A DNA stretch of 64,000 nt from Planctomycetota bacterium (GCA_038227875.1 JBBRPR010000005.1:1-64000); one strand, 5' to 3'. Positions 10,412 to 21,141 are shown, counted from the stretch's first letter. The notes: generated by a model not told the origin, from the sequence alone. Numbers and translations: made by a program.

Positions 10412-10608
10412 GGGCTTGGGTGTCCTCGCGTGACCGGTAACAGTGCACCTACTTAAGCATAGTGCTGTGATTTCAGCAATACGCTTTTCGTGGCGCCCGC
10501 CGGTTGGCGCGCGGCGGTGTCGCAAGATCACGGCTGTGAAGGTGTAGTGATGCGGTCGGTAATGGAACAACTCTGGCTTGAAGTCGCGCGCTGCATCGAA
10601 ATGCCGGC

Positions 10609-13600
10609 CTACTTCCCCGAGCGGCCGGCGATCGTGGCGGAATCGCCGCTGGAGGCGTAGGTCACCGGTGCGCGGAATTCGTAGGGGGTGCCGGCGAAAA
10701 GCAGCCCGATCTGAATCGTGCGCGATCCGGCAGCGGCGCCTTTCACCACGCCTTCGGTGTCGAAGCCGATTGTGTCCATGTCCGGCGTCTGCAGCAGCAC
10801 GTCGACCTGCGCGACGGCCTCGGTGGTCTTGCTGTTGGGCTTGGGATACTTGATCTGGAATTTCTTCACGCGGTTGGAAAGGCCGGCGCTGGTCCCCTTC
10901 CCTTTCGCATCGACCGTCAGCGTGTCGATGACGTTGCCCAGCGCGATGCTCACGCTTTGCGGTTGCGTGAAGTCCACGCCGGCGGGCAACTGGATCGTGC
11001 CGCTGAATTCCACGGTGTCGGGCGAATTTGATGAGAACGCAAACTTGCCTTTCATGCCGCTGAACTGGATGTCACCGAGGTTCGGCGGCGGGACCACAGG
11101 CTTGGTGGGCTTTGGAGGTTTGACCGGCTTCGTCGGCTTGGTCGGCTTCGCGGCGAGAGGATTGACGGACTTCGCCAGCGGCACGCCCGTTTCGGTGGAG
11201 CTGACGACCAGCGTCTTTTTCATCTTGCCCTTGGGGTCGCGATTGACGAGGTCGACGATGGTCACCGTCGCGACGTAGATGCCCGGCTTCACATATTTGT
11301 GCACGGGAGTGAAGCCTTCAACCACCGCCGAGCGCCCGCCGATGTCGTCGAAATTGGTCACGGCCAAAAGCGTCGCGCGCCCCGCCTGGCCCGGATCGAT
11401 GGTCAGTTGGATCACGCCGCCGTCGCTGTGCGAGACGGTCATGCTCACGCCATCGAGCGGATTGGTCACCGCGGTTTTGCCATCGGAGATATTGGCCATG
11501 CCCGGCACGATCGGCGCCAGCGTGGTGAAGAACATCGACGCCGTGGTGCTGACGTTGCCGCTGAGCCCAATCGCGGTCACGGTGTAGGTGCCTTCGGCGG
11601 CGAACGCATGCTGCACGGGATTGCCGCTGAGGAACGAGCCATCGCCGAAGTCCCAGAGAATCGTCGCCGCCGGATCGCTGGAGACGGCCGTAAACGTGAC
11701 AGCCGTTTTGGTCTGCGCGGGATTTTGATTGGCGCTGACGGTGACGGTGAACGCGTTGTCGATGGGGATGGCGGGCTGGGCGATGTTGATCTTCAACGTC
11801 GTCTGCTGCGAGCCGCCGGCGTTGGTCGCGGTGATGGTGACCGTCGAGCTGCCGATGGCGGTGGGCGTTCCGGAGATGACGCTGTTGTTCAGCGTCAATC
11901 CCGGGGGCAACCCGGTGGCGGAGAACGTGGTCGGCGGGCTGCCGCCAGCGGTGAGCGTGAGGTTGAACGGCACGAACTGCACGCCGCTGGCGACGGCGGG
12001 GATGCTGATGGTCGGGGGGATGGCGTTGATGGTCAGCGCGAGGTTTGTCGCCACCGCGGAGCCGAACGAACCGGTCGCGTTGATGGCGATGTTGGTGAGT
12101 CCGACGTCGGACGCGGTGGGAATTCCGGAGATGATTGCGGTGTTGAAGGACGTCTGCGTCAGCGTCAATCCGGCGGGCAACGGCGCGGCGGAGAAATTGA
12201 TGGGATGCGTGGCGTCGGCGGTGCCGGTGGCGGTGATGTTGTAGATGAAGTGCGAGCCATCGGTACCGCTGGCGGTGGCGGCATTGCTGATCACCGGAAG
12301 TTTCGGCAAGATGGTGAAGGTGACGTCCACGAAGTTGGTGCTCGGGACGGTTCCACCGGGACCATTCTCGGCTGTAAACCGGACCACGTAGCCGCCGGGA
12401 TTGAAGGCGCTGTAGATGGCATCCGCGGCGGTGGGCGTGCCAGTCACCCTCGCCACTTCCGTCACCGCATCGGCCAGACCGAGCGTGAAGCCTGAACCCG
12501 GAGGAAAGGCCGTGTTGTCGCCGGGTACTTTACCGTTCGCGAAGTAGAGCAGGTTGGACGTGCCGCTGGCCAGGGCCGAGTAGGTGAATCCTGCGACGCC
12601 ATCCTGCCCGACGGCGGTGGTGCCGGAAATCATCATCGGCGGAATTTCCGGACCGATGATGCGGACGCTGGAACGGTTGCAGGTGTAAAGATAGGTGAAC
12701 GTGGAGTCGAAGAGCAGATTCGCGGGTTCGCCGATTCCGGCGTTGTTGGCAAACTCGCCATCGTTGAAATCGAACGGCGCATCGTTGCCGGCATAGGTGT
12801 CGATGTTATTCGGCACCACTTGCGAACCCACAATCGGTGTGATGGGATCAACGATGCGAATCAGGTACGTTTGAGTTTCCGCGATGTAGACGTTGTGCGC
12901 GTTGTCGACCACGACGCCTTCCGGCAGCAGCAGGTCGGCGTTGACTGCCGGATGTCCATCGGTCCCCAGGCGGCCCAGATAGGCTGGCTTGCCCGTGCCG
13001 GCGAACGTCGAAATCTTGGCGGTAACCGTATCGATCTGGCGAACGACGTTATTGAAGGTGTCGGCGACGTAAATCAAATTGGTGAAGTTTGGATCGACCG
13101 CGACGCCCTGCGGAGAATTGAATCGCGCCGCCGTGGGCGCACCGCCGTCGCCGAAGTATCCCGGCACGCCGGTTCCCGCCAGTGTGCCGGCGTTGCCTGA
13201 TGACAAATCGACGGTGCGGATGCAATGGGCGCCCTGATCGGCGATGTACAGCGAGGTGCCTGAAATGGCCAACCCGCGCGGCGTGGTGAGATGCGCGGTG
13301 TTCGCGGGAGTCGCGTCGCCGTCGTTGCCTGGAACGTCAGGAACGCCCGCGAACGCATCGATCATCGGCGTCGCGCCGGGCGTGATGAAATAGACGCAAC
13401 TGTGGGCGGCATCCGAAACGTAGATGACTCCGGTGCTCGTATCAATGGCAATGCCCGACGGGTCTCCAAAGATCGCCGCCGATGCCGGACCGGGTATGGA
13501 AGGCGTGCCCGAGGTGTGTGGCGTACCGGCAACCAATGTGACTGCGCGCGTGGCGTGATCGAACATGCGGATGACTGAATCGCCCTGGCTGACGACGTAG

Positions 13601-13779
13601 AGATTCATGGCCGCATCGAACGCCATCCCGCGGGGACGATCGATGCTGAGCAGCAGCGGATTTGTCGCATTGTCGTCGTTGCTGTTGCCGGCAAAGCGAT
13701 CGATCACTGGAGTGCCAGCCATCACTTGCCCGCTCAACACAAACAAACACACCCCTGCCATCGCATATCGCCGCATCAT
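10609..13779 (-). CDS. Secreted NHL-repeat / putative Ig / PKD protein with conserved C-terminal domain
   Basis: Signal peptide; NHL repeats (YIADQGAHCIR, GDGGAPTAARFNSPQGVAVD); GLPPGLT Ig repeats; WDFGDG PKD. Confidence 0.9.
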   Translation of the reverse strand: MMRRYAMAGVCLFVLSGQVMAGTPVIDRFAGNSNDDNATNPLLLSIDRPRGMAFDAAMNLYVVSQGDSVIRMFDHATRAVTLVAGTPHTSGTPSIPGPASAAIFGDPSGIAIDTSTGVIYVSDAAHSCVYFITPGATPMIDAFAGVPDVPGNDGDATPANTAHLTTPRGLAISGTSLYIADQGAHCIRTVDLSSGNAGTLAGTGVPGYFGDGGAPTAARFNSPQGVAVDPNFTNLIYVADTFNNVVRQIDTVTAKISTFAGTGKPAYLGRLGTDGHPAVNADLLLPEGVVVDNAHNVYIAETQTYLIRIVDPITPIVGSQVVPNNIDTYAGNDAPFDFNDGEFANNAGIGEPANLLFDSTFTYLYTCNRSSVRIIGPEIPPMMISGTTAVGQDGVAGFTYSALASGTSNLLYFANGKVPGDNTAFPPGSGFTLGLADAVTEVARVTGTPTAADAIYSAFNPGGYVVRFTAENGPGGTVPSTNFVDVTFTILPKLPVISNAATASGTDGSHFIYNITATGTADATHPINFSAAPLPAGLTLTQTSFNTAIISGIPTASDVGLTNIAINATGSFGSAVATNLALTINAIPPTISIPAVASGVQFVPFNLTLTAGGSPPTTFSATGLPPGLTLNNSVISGTPTAIGSSTVTITATNAGGSQQTTLKINIAQPAIPIDNAFTVTVSANQNPAQTKTAVTFTAVSSDPAATILWDFGDGSFLSGNPVQHAFAAEGTYTVTAIGLSGNVSTTASMFFTTLAPIVPGMANISDGKTAVTNPLDGVSMTVSHSDGGVIQLTIDPGQAGRATLLAVTNFDDIGGRSAVVEGFTPVHKYVKPGIYVATVTIVDLVNRDPKGKMKKTLVVSSTETGVPLAKSVNPLAAKPTKPTKPVKPPKPTKPVVPPPNLGDIQFSGMKGKFAFSSNSPDTVEFSGTIQLPAGVDFTQPQSVSIALGNVIDTLTVDAKGKGTSAGLSNRVKKFQIKYPKPNSKTTEAVAQVDVLLQTPDMDTIGFDTEGVVKGAAAGSRTIQIGLLFAGTPYEFRAPVTYASSGDSATIAGRSGK

Positions 13780-14069
13780 TAGTCCTCGCTGGAATTGACC
13801 CGTAATTGGTGCGAATTTCAAGTCGTGGTGTCACGTAAAAATGAAAATGCTATGTCACCAGGGACTCGAGTCAAAACAATCCCGCCTCCATAGGTATTCC
13901 TTCATAATTCAGAGTTGCGAATGCTTGCAACCTTATCGGCTTTTACGAGCATATATCTATCCACAGCTAATCCTTGGTACGCGTCGTCACCCACAGTTGC
14001 CAGTTGCGCCGGAAGAAGCTTCCGTTAACATGCGACCGTGTTTTTAAAAATCTGTGGGGAGAGACGACG

Positions 14070-14834
14070 ATGCATCTTGGATTGATGGCCTATCAGTTGG
14101 CCAAGGAATGGGACGTCGAAACGACGGCTAAAATGTGTAAAGACGGGCACATGGAGAGCTTTGAGTTCTTCGCAGAACCGTCCTACAAGCAAAAGATCAG
14201 CCTCGACATGCAGCCGGCTGATGCCAAGAAAACCCGCAAGACCTTCGCCGATTCCGGCGTTCACATCGCGGGCCTGGCCATCAACGAGCGCTACGACTGG
14301 CCCAATGTTCAGCAGGTAAAGGAAGCGGTCGCGCGCACCAAGCAGTACGTGCTGCTGGCCGTCGACATCGGCGCACCGCGTCTGCGCGTGCTGGGCGACA
14401 AGATGCACGACACCGAACCCAAGAGCTGGACGATCGCGCGCATCGCCACGGCGCTGACCGAGATCGTGCACTACTCCGCCGGCTTGGGCGTCGACATCGG
14501 CTTTGAAATGCACGGCAGCTTCTCGACGTGGGAAGACGCGTTGGAAGTGGTGAAGAAAGTCAACCACCCGCGCTGCTACCTCGTCCACAACAGCCAGCCA
14601 GCCAACACGCCGCCGGAAGATTTCGATCGCGTCTTCGAAATCATCCGCCCGCACATCGGTCACGTGCATCTCCACAACCTGCTCGACCCGAAGTTCCCGT
14701 ACAAGAAGTTCGTCCGGAAACTCCGCGACACGAACTACGAAGGCTACTGCTCGCTGGAGCTCGACCCCAGCCAGGATCCGTTGCGCGTGCTGCATTTGAC
14801 CCGCGCGCTGTTCGAAGAATTCGTAGCGAAGTGA
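14070..14834 (+). CDS. Sugar phosphate isomerase/epimerase (TIM-barrel, AP_endonuc_2)
   Basis: IGFEMHG, HVHLH and YEGYCSLE motifs. Confidence 0.85.
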   Translation: MHLGLMAYQLAKEWDVETTAKMCKDGHMESFEFFAEPSYKQKISLDMQPADAKKTRKTFADSGVHIAGLAINERYDWPNVQQVKEAVARTKQYVLLAVDIGAPRLRVLGDKMHDTEPKSWTIARIATALTEIVHYSAGLGVDIGFEMHGSFSTWEDALEVVKKVNHPRCYLVHNSQPANTPPEDFDRVFEIIRPHIGHVHLHNLLDPKFPYKKFVRKLRDTNYEGYCSLELDPSQDPLRVLHLTRALFEEFVAK

Positions 14835-14862
14835 AGTGGCCGGACCTTGGTTTTATTGCAAG

Positions 14863-14892
14863 AACAGCGCTGAGATGATCAGCGCTGTTTTT
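14863..14892 (+). terminator. Rho-independent terminator
   Basis: AACAGCGCTGA-loop-TCAGCGCTGTT followed by T-tract. Confidence 0.7.
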
Positions 14893-14909
14893 GTTTGGCA
14901 GCGTTTTTC

Positions 14910-15058
14910 ATTGCGGATTTCGGATTGCGGATTGCGGATTGGAATGGTGGGCGCATTTTACCAGTCGGGTGCGCTTCTTTGATGTTGTTACCCATCGATT
15001 GCTTCGCATTGGACCGATCGCGTCGCCAATCCGCAATCCGCAATTCGAAATCCGCAAT
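14910..15058. repeat. Heptamer (GCGGATT)n inverted-repeat element
   Basis: 33-bp arms with one mismatch (14910..14942 and 15026..15058). Confidence 0.85.
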
Positions 15059-15105
15059 AATCAACGCTCGCCAACGCGGCGGCGCATCGTTAATCTATCC
15101 GCACT

Positions 15106-15675
15106 ATGACCACTCAAAACGCGCTGCCCAACATTGCCGTCCACATGATCCGTCCGACGATGAACGCGCTGCCGCAGATTCCGTTCGCGCCCGGGTTTGG
15201 GATGCGAGCGATGAAGCGGGGCGATGAGGTGCTCTGGACCGACGTTCAGCGCGATGCGGAGCCGTTTATCAAGATCGAGGACGGCTTGTTCACGGAGCAG
15301 TTCGGGACGGATTGGAAAGTCATCGGTGAGCGCTGCTTTCTGATCGTCAACGAGCGCAACGCTACGGTCGGGACGCTCAGCGCTTGGTTTTCGGATAACT
15401 ACAAGGGCGGCGATTGGGGGCGCATTCACTGGGTCTCGGTGCGGCCAAGCGCTCAGGGAAAAGGGCTGGCGAAGGCGGCGCTGAGCTACTCCATGAACGT
15501 GCTCGCGAAGCATCACACGCGCGCGTGGCTGGCGACGTCGGCGGCGCGGATTCCGGCAATCAAGCTCTATCTCGATTTTGGTTTTGAGCCGGACTACGAG
15601 ACGCCGGACGCAAAGCAGGCCTGGGACGCGGTCCGCACGCAGCTCAACCACCCGGCGCTCGGCAAGCAGTCATGA
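15106..15675 (+). CDS. GNAT N-acetyltransferase
   Basis: VSVRPSAQGKGLAKA and AIKLYLDFGF motifs. Confidence 0.9.
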   Translation: MTTQNALPNIAVHMIRPTMNALPQIPFAPGFGMRAMKRGDEVLWTDVQRDAEPFIKIEDGLFTEQFGTDWKVIGERCFLIVNERNATVGTLSAWFSDNYKGGDWGRIHWVSVRPSAQGKGLAKAALSYSMNVLAKHHTRAWLATSAARIPAIKLYLDFGFEPDYETPDAKQAWDAVRTQLNHPALGKQS

Positions 15676-16364
15676 GCAACCCGGAACCCGTGACGCCTCC
15701 GCTCGTTTCCCGGCAGTCCCCGCCGCCCCGGCGACGGCGCGGACTGTTGCTGCTGGGCGTGGTGCTGCCGCTGATCGTCGCGCTGATTTTGCTCGAGATG
15801 AAAAATACGCGGCTGGCGGAGAAAAATCAGAAACTCGCCGAACAGAACAAGCAACTAAAAGAGAAATCCGAAGCGAAGGAATCGACTGACACGGCGGCGC
15901 TGAAAGCGCAGCTCAGCGTCCTGCGCCGCAAGGTCGGCCTGCTGGAAATCGAAGATGCGTCGAAACCGTATGCCGTCTCGCTGGAAGGCGAAACCGGTGC
16001 GAAGTACCGCTGGCGGATCTTCGTCCCAACGGAGGGCAAATTCGCGCTGGCGTGCTTGCTCGGCGCGGAGCGCAAAGAATTGCCCTGCAAGCCCGGAGAA
16101 CAGGTCGTGGTGCTCAACCTGACCAAGCGCGCGGCTGACGATCCACATCCCATGCTTTTTTTCGGCGCTGAAAACGCGTTGACCGGATTAAGCGCCAACG
16201 CGTCGGAGAGCGCGGAAAAAGTCAGCTTTGAACTCTATTCCAGTCAGACCGCGCCGGAAAGCAATGCGAAAGGCTTGCTGCTCTTTGAAGGCAAGATCGA
16301 CGCGGAAGGTCCGACGCCGCGCTCAACGACTCTCTCACTGGCGATTGAACGTGCCGATAAGTAG
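15672..16364 (+). CDS. Hypothetical membrane-anchored protein with coiled coil
   Basis: ATGA overlap with GNAT gene; RRRR followed by TM helix and coiled coil. Confidence 0.75.
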   Translation: MSNPEPVTPPLVSRQSPPPRRRRGLLLLGVVLPLIVALILLEMKNTRLAEKNQKLAEQNKQLKEKSEAKESTDTAALKAQLSVLRRKVGLLEIEDASKPYAVSLEGETGAKYRWRIFVPTEGKFALACLLGAERKELPCKPGEQVVVLNLTKRAADDPHPMLFFGAENALTGLSANASESAEKVSFELYSSQTAPESNAKGLLLFEGKIDAEGPTPRSTTLSLAIERADK

Positions 16365-16467
16365 CAGGCAAGTAATGACCATAGACCCGAGTAATTTGGC
16401 CCGGGTCAGCTCGCAGCGGAGCCGGGCGAAAATCCCAAGTCTATGATCAGCGTTCGGGGCGTTTTAA

Positions 16468-16851
16468 TTAAACCCGCGCAATACCTTGCTGGACTCCCGA
16501 CGACAAACCGCGCATTACTTCCATCAGACGTTCGGGCGAAAATGGCTTCGCCAGCCAGTGTGAGATGTTCAATCGCTTGGCGTGGTTCCGTGCGTTGGGT
16601 CCTTCGGAAATAAGAATAATGTTGTCAGTATGGATCCTGCACGTCGCTACAAATTCTTTCACGGGCGTTCCGGACATTCCATAATCCACCAACAGATAAT
16701 CAAAGTCGTGACACAGCATCGCGAAGTTCGCCTGCTCGCGGGACTGTGCCCACCGCACTCCATAAGAAGCTTTCACCAGTAAATGCAAAATCATTTCGCC
16801 ACACTGCATGTCATCTTCAACAATCAACACATTGCCTCGAATGCGACTCAT
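16468..16851 (-). CDS. Stand-alone response regulator receiver
   Basis: VLIVEDD, LVDYGM and LAKPF motifs; AGGAGGG RBS; visibly lower GC. Confidence 0.85.
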   Translation of the reverse strand: MSRIRGNVLIVEDDMQCGEMILHLLVKASYGVRWAQSREQANFAMLCHDFDYLLVDYGMSGTPVKEFVATCRIHTDNIILISEGPNARNHAKRLNISHWLAKPFSPERLMEVMRGLSSGVQQGIARV

Positions 16852-17096
16852 TGTCACTCCCTCCTGAGTGCTGCTCTCTCGATCTGAGCAGTGATTACCC
16901 CGATATGCGAAGATCGTGCCGAGCTGAAAAACCCATAAATTCAACGCGACCGTGGATCCGTCCTCAAAAACGTCCGAATCCCGGAAGGTTGCGTCGCGAA
17001 GTAATATGTACCGAAATACGGAGACTGAATTTCGTACGAGCGCCTTGCGGGCTGGGCTGTCATCGCTACTCTAATGACCTTTCCAATGGAGATTCC

Positions 17097-17525
17097 ATGA
17101 ACCTCAATCCGCCGTGGCCCCGCGTCTCCGTCGTGGTCTATTACGACAACGCCGTCGCCGCCATCACCTGGCTCTGCGCGGCGTTTGGATTTTCCGTACG
17201 CTTGAAGGTCGATGGCGCAAACGGCGATGTCGTCCACTCCGAATTGATGCTCGGCGACGGTCTGATCATGGTCGACCCGTCGGGAAAACATTCCTCGCGC
17301 AAAAGTCCGCAAGCCGTTGCCGGCGCGAACACGCAGAGCATCATGCTCATGGTCGACGACGCCGACGCGCACTGCGCTCAGGCTCGGGCCCACGGCGCGA
17401 AAATCCTGAAGGAACCCACGACCACCGATTACGGCGCGGAATACTGGTCAGACCGCTGCTACGAAGCCGAAGACCTGGAAGGCCACCGCTGGTGGGTCTG
17501 CCAGCGCATCCGCAATCGTCCGTGA
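17097..17525 (+). CDS. VOC/glyoxalase family protein
   Basis: AAITWLCAAFGF, HSEL, DADAHCAQARAHGA, DLEGHRW. Confidence 0.9.
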   Translation: MNLNPPWPRVSVVVYYDNAVAAITWLCAAFGFSVRLKVDGANGDVVHSELMLGDGLIMVDPSGKHSSRKSPQAVAGANTQSIMLMVDDADAHCAQARAHGAKILKEPTTTDYGAEYWSDRCYEAEDLEGHRWWVCQRIRNRP

Positions 17526-17671
17526 TTGCGATGAATTTACTGCACGTGTGCCCGCCTATGAGACAGCTGATTTATAATTCGATCCCCTTCTTGCGGAATA
17601 AATCGTGAGTCTTTTAGAACATTCGTTTATACTCACTCTCCCTATTCGTTCTGCGGCAATGGAGTTCCAGC

Positions 17672-19411
17672 GTGATTTCAAACCCGTCCGGTCAGTCCGA
17701 TCCCAACACCATCGCGATCATTCTTGATCGCTTCCTCGACAAGTATGCGCAGCAGGTTTTCATGGGCGCGCACGACTACACGCACAAGAATGGCATCAAC
17801 TTGATCTGCGCCATCACGCCCGTCGCAGGCAACGTCGGGCCGCTGCCGGATTTGATCGGCGCCAACAATGTCGATGGCATCCTCTTCATCGCCAGCATCC
17901 TGAGCAACTTTGACGGCGACGTGGTGAGTCTTCCCCTCGCGTTGAAAAAATACGAACCGCTGCCGACCGTCAGCATCGGCGAAGGCTTTGAAGGCATCCA
18001 CAGCGTTACGGTCGACAACCGCGTCGGCTTTTCGCTGGCCATTCAGCACCTGATCGACGCGCACGGCCACCGCAAGCTCGCGTTCATCCGCGGCCCGGCG
18101 ACCAATCAGGATGCCGAACTGCGCTTCAACACCTACAAGGACGTCCTCAAGCGCAACAACATCCCGTTCAATCCCGACATCGTGATTCAAGGCGACTGGT
18201 CAGTCGGTTCCGGAGCGGCCGCGATGCGCCGCCTGCTCTCGTATGGCGTGAAGAAGTTCGACGCCATCGTCTGCGCCAACGATGCCATGGCCACCGGCGT
18301 GATTAACGAACTCCACCTGCACGGACTGCTCGTGCCCACCGACATGGCGGTGATCGGCTTCGACAACATCGGCGACTGCGGATTTTCGCTGACCACCGTC
18401 GACCAGCCGGTCGCCGAAATCGGACGCCGCGCCGCCAGCATGCTCTGGGATCTCTGCCGCGGCATGCGCGTGCCGCAGCAGATTACACTCCCGGCCGAGA
18501 TGATCATCCGCGCTTCCTGCGGCTGCACCGGCTCGCGCCTGGCGCCGGCGATCACCGATAACATGGAAATGCCCGAGCAGACGCAGCCGCTGGCCGAATA
18601 CCGCGAACGCATTGTTCTCGGCATGGCCCACGCGCTCGGCGATGTCCCCGACGAAACAGCCCCCGAGTGGCTGGGCGAACTCTACGACGCCTTCGTGCTC
18701 GACGTCACCGGCGGCCCCGCCGGACGGTTCTCGAAACTCCTGGAAAGCCTGCTGCGCGAAACGATGACCGAATCGGAAACCGTCACGGCCTGGTACAGCG
18801 CCATCGCCGTGATGCGCGGGGAACTGATGCCGCGCATCAGCCAGCCGGAGATCATGGTTGTCGCCGAAAATCTGCTCCACCAGTCCGAACAGCTGATCGC
18901 GCGCGCCTCCAAGCGGCTGCGCCTCTCGGTGCTCGCCCGCCCCACCCCGCCGCAGGAAAGCAGCGAAGCCTCCAGCGAAAGCATGCAGATCCCGGATAAG
19001 TTCATTCGCAAGCTCTCCGCGCTGGGCGTGCGGCGCTGCTACGCAGTGATCTTCGAAGGCGACGGCGACATTCCCGAACGCTGCCGCGTGATCCTTGCCT
19101 ACGAAACACGCGAACGCGCTCCCGAAGGGATTGTCGGCACAACCTATCCGGCCAAGCAATTGCTCCCGGACAACCTGCGCAATTCAAATTTCGACACGCT
19201 GCTGGCGATGCCACTGCGCAAGGGCGAACAGCACCTCGGCCTGATCTTCTTCGAGAAGGGCGACATCGACGGGTTGGTCTTTGAAAGCCTGCGCTGGCAG
19301 CTGAGCGAACTGCTCTGGATGAAGTCGCAAACGCACTCCCAAACGGTAAGCGCGACGGCCACGTCCACAGTGGTGACGCCGCCGCATACACGGCCCGACA
19401 GCTCGACGTAA
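17672..19411 (+). CDS. LacI-type substrate-binding-domain sensor protein lacking HTH and output domain
   Basis: HLIDAHGHRKLAFIRGP, AIVCANDAMATG, LTTVDQP, IIRASCGC, then helical and GAF-like region. Confidence 0.85.
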   Translation: MISNPSGQSDPNTIAIILDRFLDKYAQQVFMGAHDYTHKNGINLICAITPVAGNVGPLPDLIGANNVDGILFIASILSNFDGDVVSLPLALKKYEPLPTVSIGEGFEGIHSVTVDNRVGFSLAIQHLIDAHGHRKLAFIRGPATNQDAELRFNTYKDVLKRNNIPFNPDIVIQGDWSVGSGAAAMRRLLSYGVKKFDAIVCANDAMATGVINELHLHGLLVPTDMAVIGFDNIGDCGFSLTTVDQPVAEIGRRAASMLWDLCRGMRVPQQITLPAEMIIRASCGCTGSRLAPAITDNMEMPEQTQPLAEYRERIVLGMAHALGDVPDETAPEWLGELYDAFVLDVTGGPAGRFSKLLESLLRETMTESETVTAWYSAIAVMRGELMPRISQPEIMVVAENLLHQSEQLIARASKRLRLSVLARPTPPQESSEASSESMQIPDKFIRKLSALGVRRCYAVIFEGDGDIPERCRVILAYETRERAPEGIVGTTYPAKQLLPDNLRNSNFDTLLAMPLRKGEQHLGLIFFEKGDIDGLVFESLRWQLSELLWMKSQTHSQTVSATATSTVVTPPHTRPDSST

Positions 19412-19416
19412 GGCGG

Positions 19417-21141
19417 TCAAAACTCGTCGCGCGGTTTCTTTTTCTCGTCCGCCGCGCCGGTCTCCTCGACTTCCAGCGTCAGCGAAACGTCACCGCCGGG
19501 GCCGTACTTAGGTTCGGTGGTCTGGACGTGCTTGAAGAGTCCGCTCGCCTGCAGCCGCTTGAAATCCGCGTCCCACACGGTTTGATGATAAATGCGCCCG
19601 AAGCGGGTGCCCATCAACTGATGCACTGCCTCTTCGCTGACACGTTTGAGACCATGGATTTCGAGGCTGTCCACACGCCGAGGAAGATCCGGCCGCGAAT
19701 CCAGAATTTCCTTGATCGGTCGGCCTTGTAGCTCGGCCAATTGGAATTCCGCATCAAGCAGGAGCGGGCGATCCGCGCGCAGCGTTGTGAGCTTCGCGAT
19801 CGCTTCGTCTTTCTTACCCAGTGCCGCCAGTGCCCGCGCTGACAACAGCGCAACATCGGCTCGTGAGCGCCAGGACACGTCAACAGATTTCAACGCGGTC
19901 AACGCCTCTTCCCAGTGTCCTCTGGCGCAGAGGATCAGTGCCAGATCATACGCCGCCGCCCCGCGGTCCGCCGCTTTGTCGTTGCGCACTACGGATCGAC
20001 ATAAGCTTTCCGCAGAGTCGATAGCGTGTCCGCCCAGAAAGCATCGCGCCGCGGACAGCGTCGCACCCGCCGGCGCGAGCCCATCCTCCAATTCCAACAT
20101 ATCGATAAAAAGTCGTGAGGCCTCGGCCCCGTGCCGGTTTGCGTCAAGCGCCTGGGCGCAATGAAAGCCGATCTCGCGGCTGGCCGGCGCGAGTTTCATC
20201 GCCTTCGTCAGATGATCTTCCGCCGCGTTTGTCAGGCCACACTCCAATTCCAACACACCCAGCTTGTCCAGCATGGCCACCGACTCAGGATTCACAGAAC
20301 TGGCCTTTTCCATGAGCGCACGGGCCAAATCCAGGTTGCCGTGCTCCCGAAACAGGTCGCACAGTGCTTCATAAATCTTCTCAGGATGCTCCCCATCGGG
20401 TTGCTTGGATTGCCTGGAGAGTTCCTGAATCCTACTGAAATACGCCGCCTCCCCGCGCGTCAGCCGGCGTCCATTGAAATCCTGCAGCACGTTGTTGGCC
20501 GGATCCGGGTCTGGAAATTGGAGCAGCGGTTCGCATTCAGGCGGTTCTTCCTCATCGAGGATCAGTGCCTTGGCGTGCAGCGCCTCGCAGTTCGCCAGTC
20601 CTTTCGCTACAGACTCGGCCGACGCGCCGTAGGGATCTTCGCTTTTGACGCGGGAATACAATTTTCGCGACTCCGCGATTCGGTTGCTCAACGTCATGCC
20701 CGCGACGGATTCTTTCAGCAGCGCGTCGGCCAGCGCCACCTCCGCCGCGTAAATTTCATCGAGCCACCGTGTTCTCGCGTAACGGCGGCGTTGTTCGGCA
20801 AGCATCCAGCGCGCGTTGTTAACGTCACCCAGTGCGAGGTACTCTTCACCTGCGCGGATCAGCGCCAGTTCCGCCTCGTCCGATTCGGAAAAGTGCAACG
20901 CCAGCAGGCGATACCCTTCGGCTGCCTGAGCGTGGTGTTTCTGCCGCGCCAGCTTTTCGCACGCGGATTCCTGCTTCCTCGGCAATCGTTCGACGTGATC
21001 CGGAGCCGACGGCCAGTCGGCGTCAGTCACCACCCAGCGCTCGATTACATCAAGCCGCTTGTCGGGGGGCAGGGATTCACTTTCAGCCCCGGCAACGGTA
21101 GAACCGATAAACATTGCGATCACAAATAGTGATTTCATCAT
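19417..21141 (-). CDS. Secreted TPR protein with C-terminal POTRA-like domain
   Basis: Signal peptide, TPR-like helices, C-terminal VDSLEIHGLKRVSEE...DFKRLQASGLF. Confidence 0.7.
   Translation of the reverse strand: MMKSLFVIAMFIGSTVAGAESESLPPDKRLDVIERWVVTDADWPSAPDHVERLPRKQESACEKLARQKHHAQAAEGYRLLALHFSESDEAELALIRAGEEYLALGDVNNARWMLAEQRRRYARTRWLDEIYAAEVALADALLKESVAGMTLSNRIAESRKLYSRVKSEDPYGASAESVAKGLANCEALHAKALILDEEEPPECEPLLQFPDPDPANNVLQDFNGRRLTRGEAAYFSRIQELSRQSKQPDGEHPEKIYEALCDLFREHGNLDLARALMEKASSVNPESVAMLDKLGVLELECGLTNAAEDHLTKAMKLAPASREIGFHCAQALDANRHGAEASRLFIDMLELEDGLAPAGATLSAARCFLGGHAIDSAESLCRSVVRNDKAADRGAAAYDLALILCARGHWEEALTALKSVDVSWRSRADVALLSARALAALGKKDEAIAKLTTLRADRPLLLDAEFQLAELQGRPIKEILDSRPDLPRRVDSLEIHGLKRVSEEAVHQLMGTRFGRIYHQTVWDADFKRLQASGLFKHVQTTEPKYGPGGDVSLTLEVEETGAADEKKKPRDEF

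Noticed and set aside
14891..15109. Short ORFs with IAD/IRN repeats
   Set aside because: These are translations of the heptamer arms, not genes
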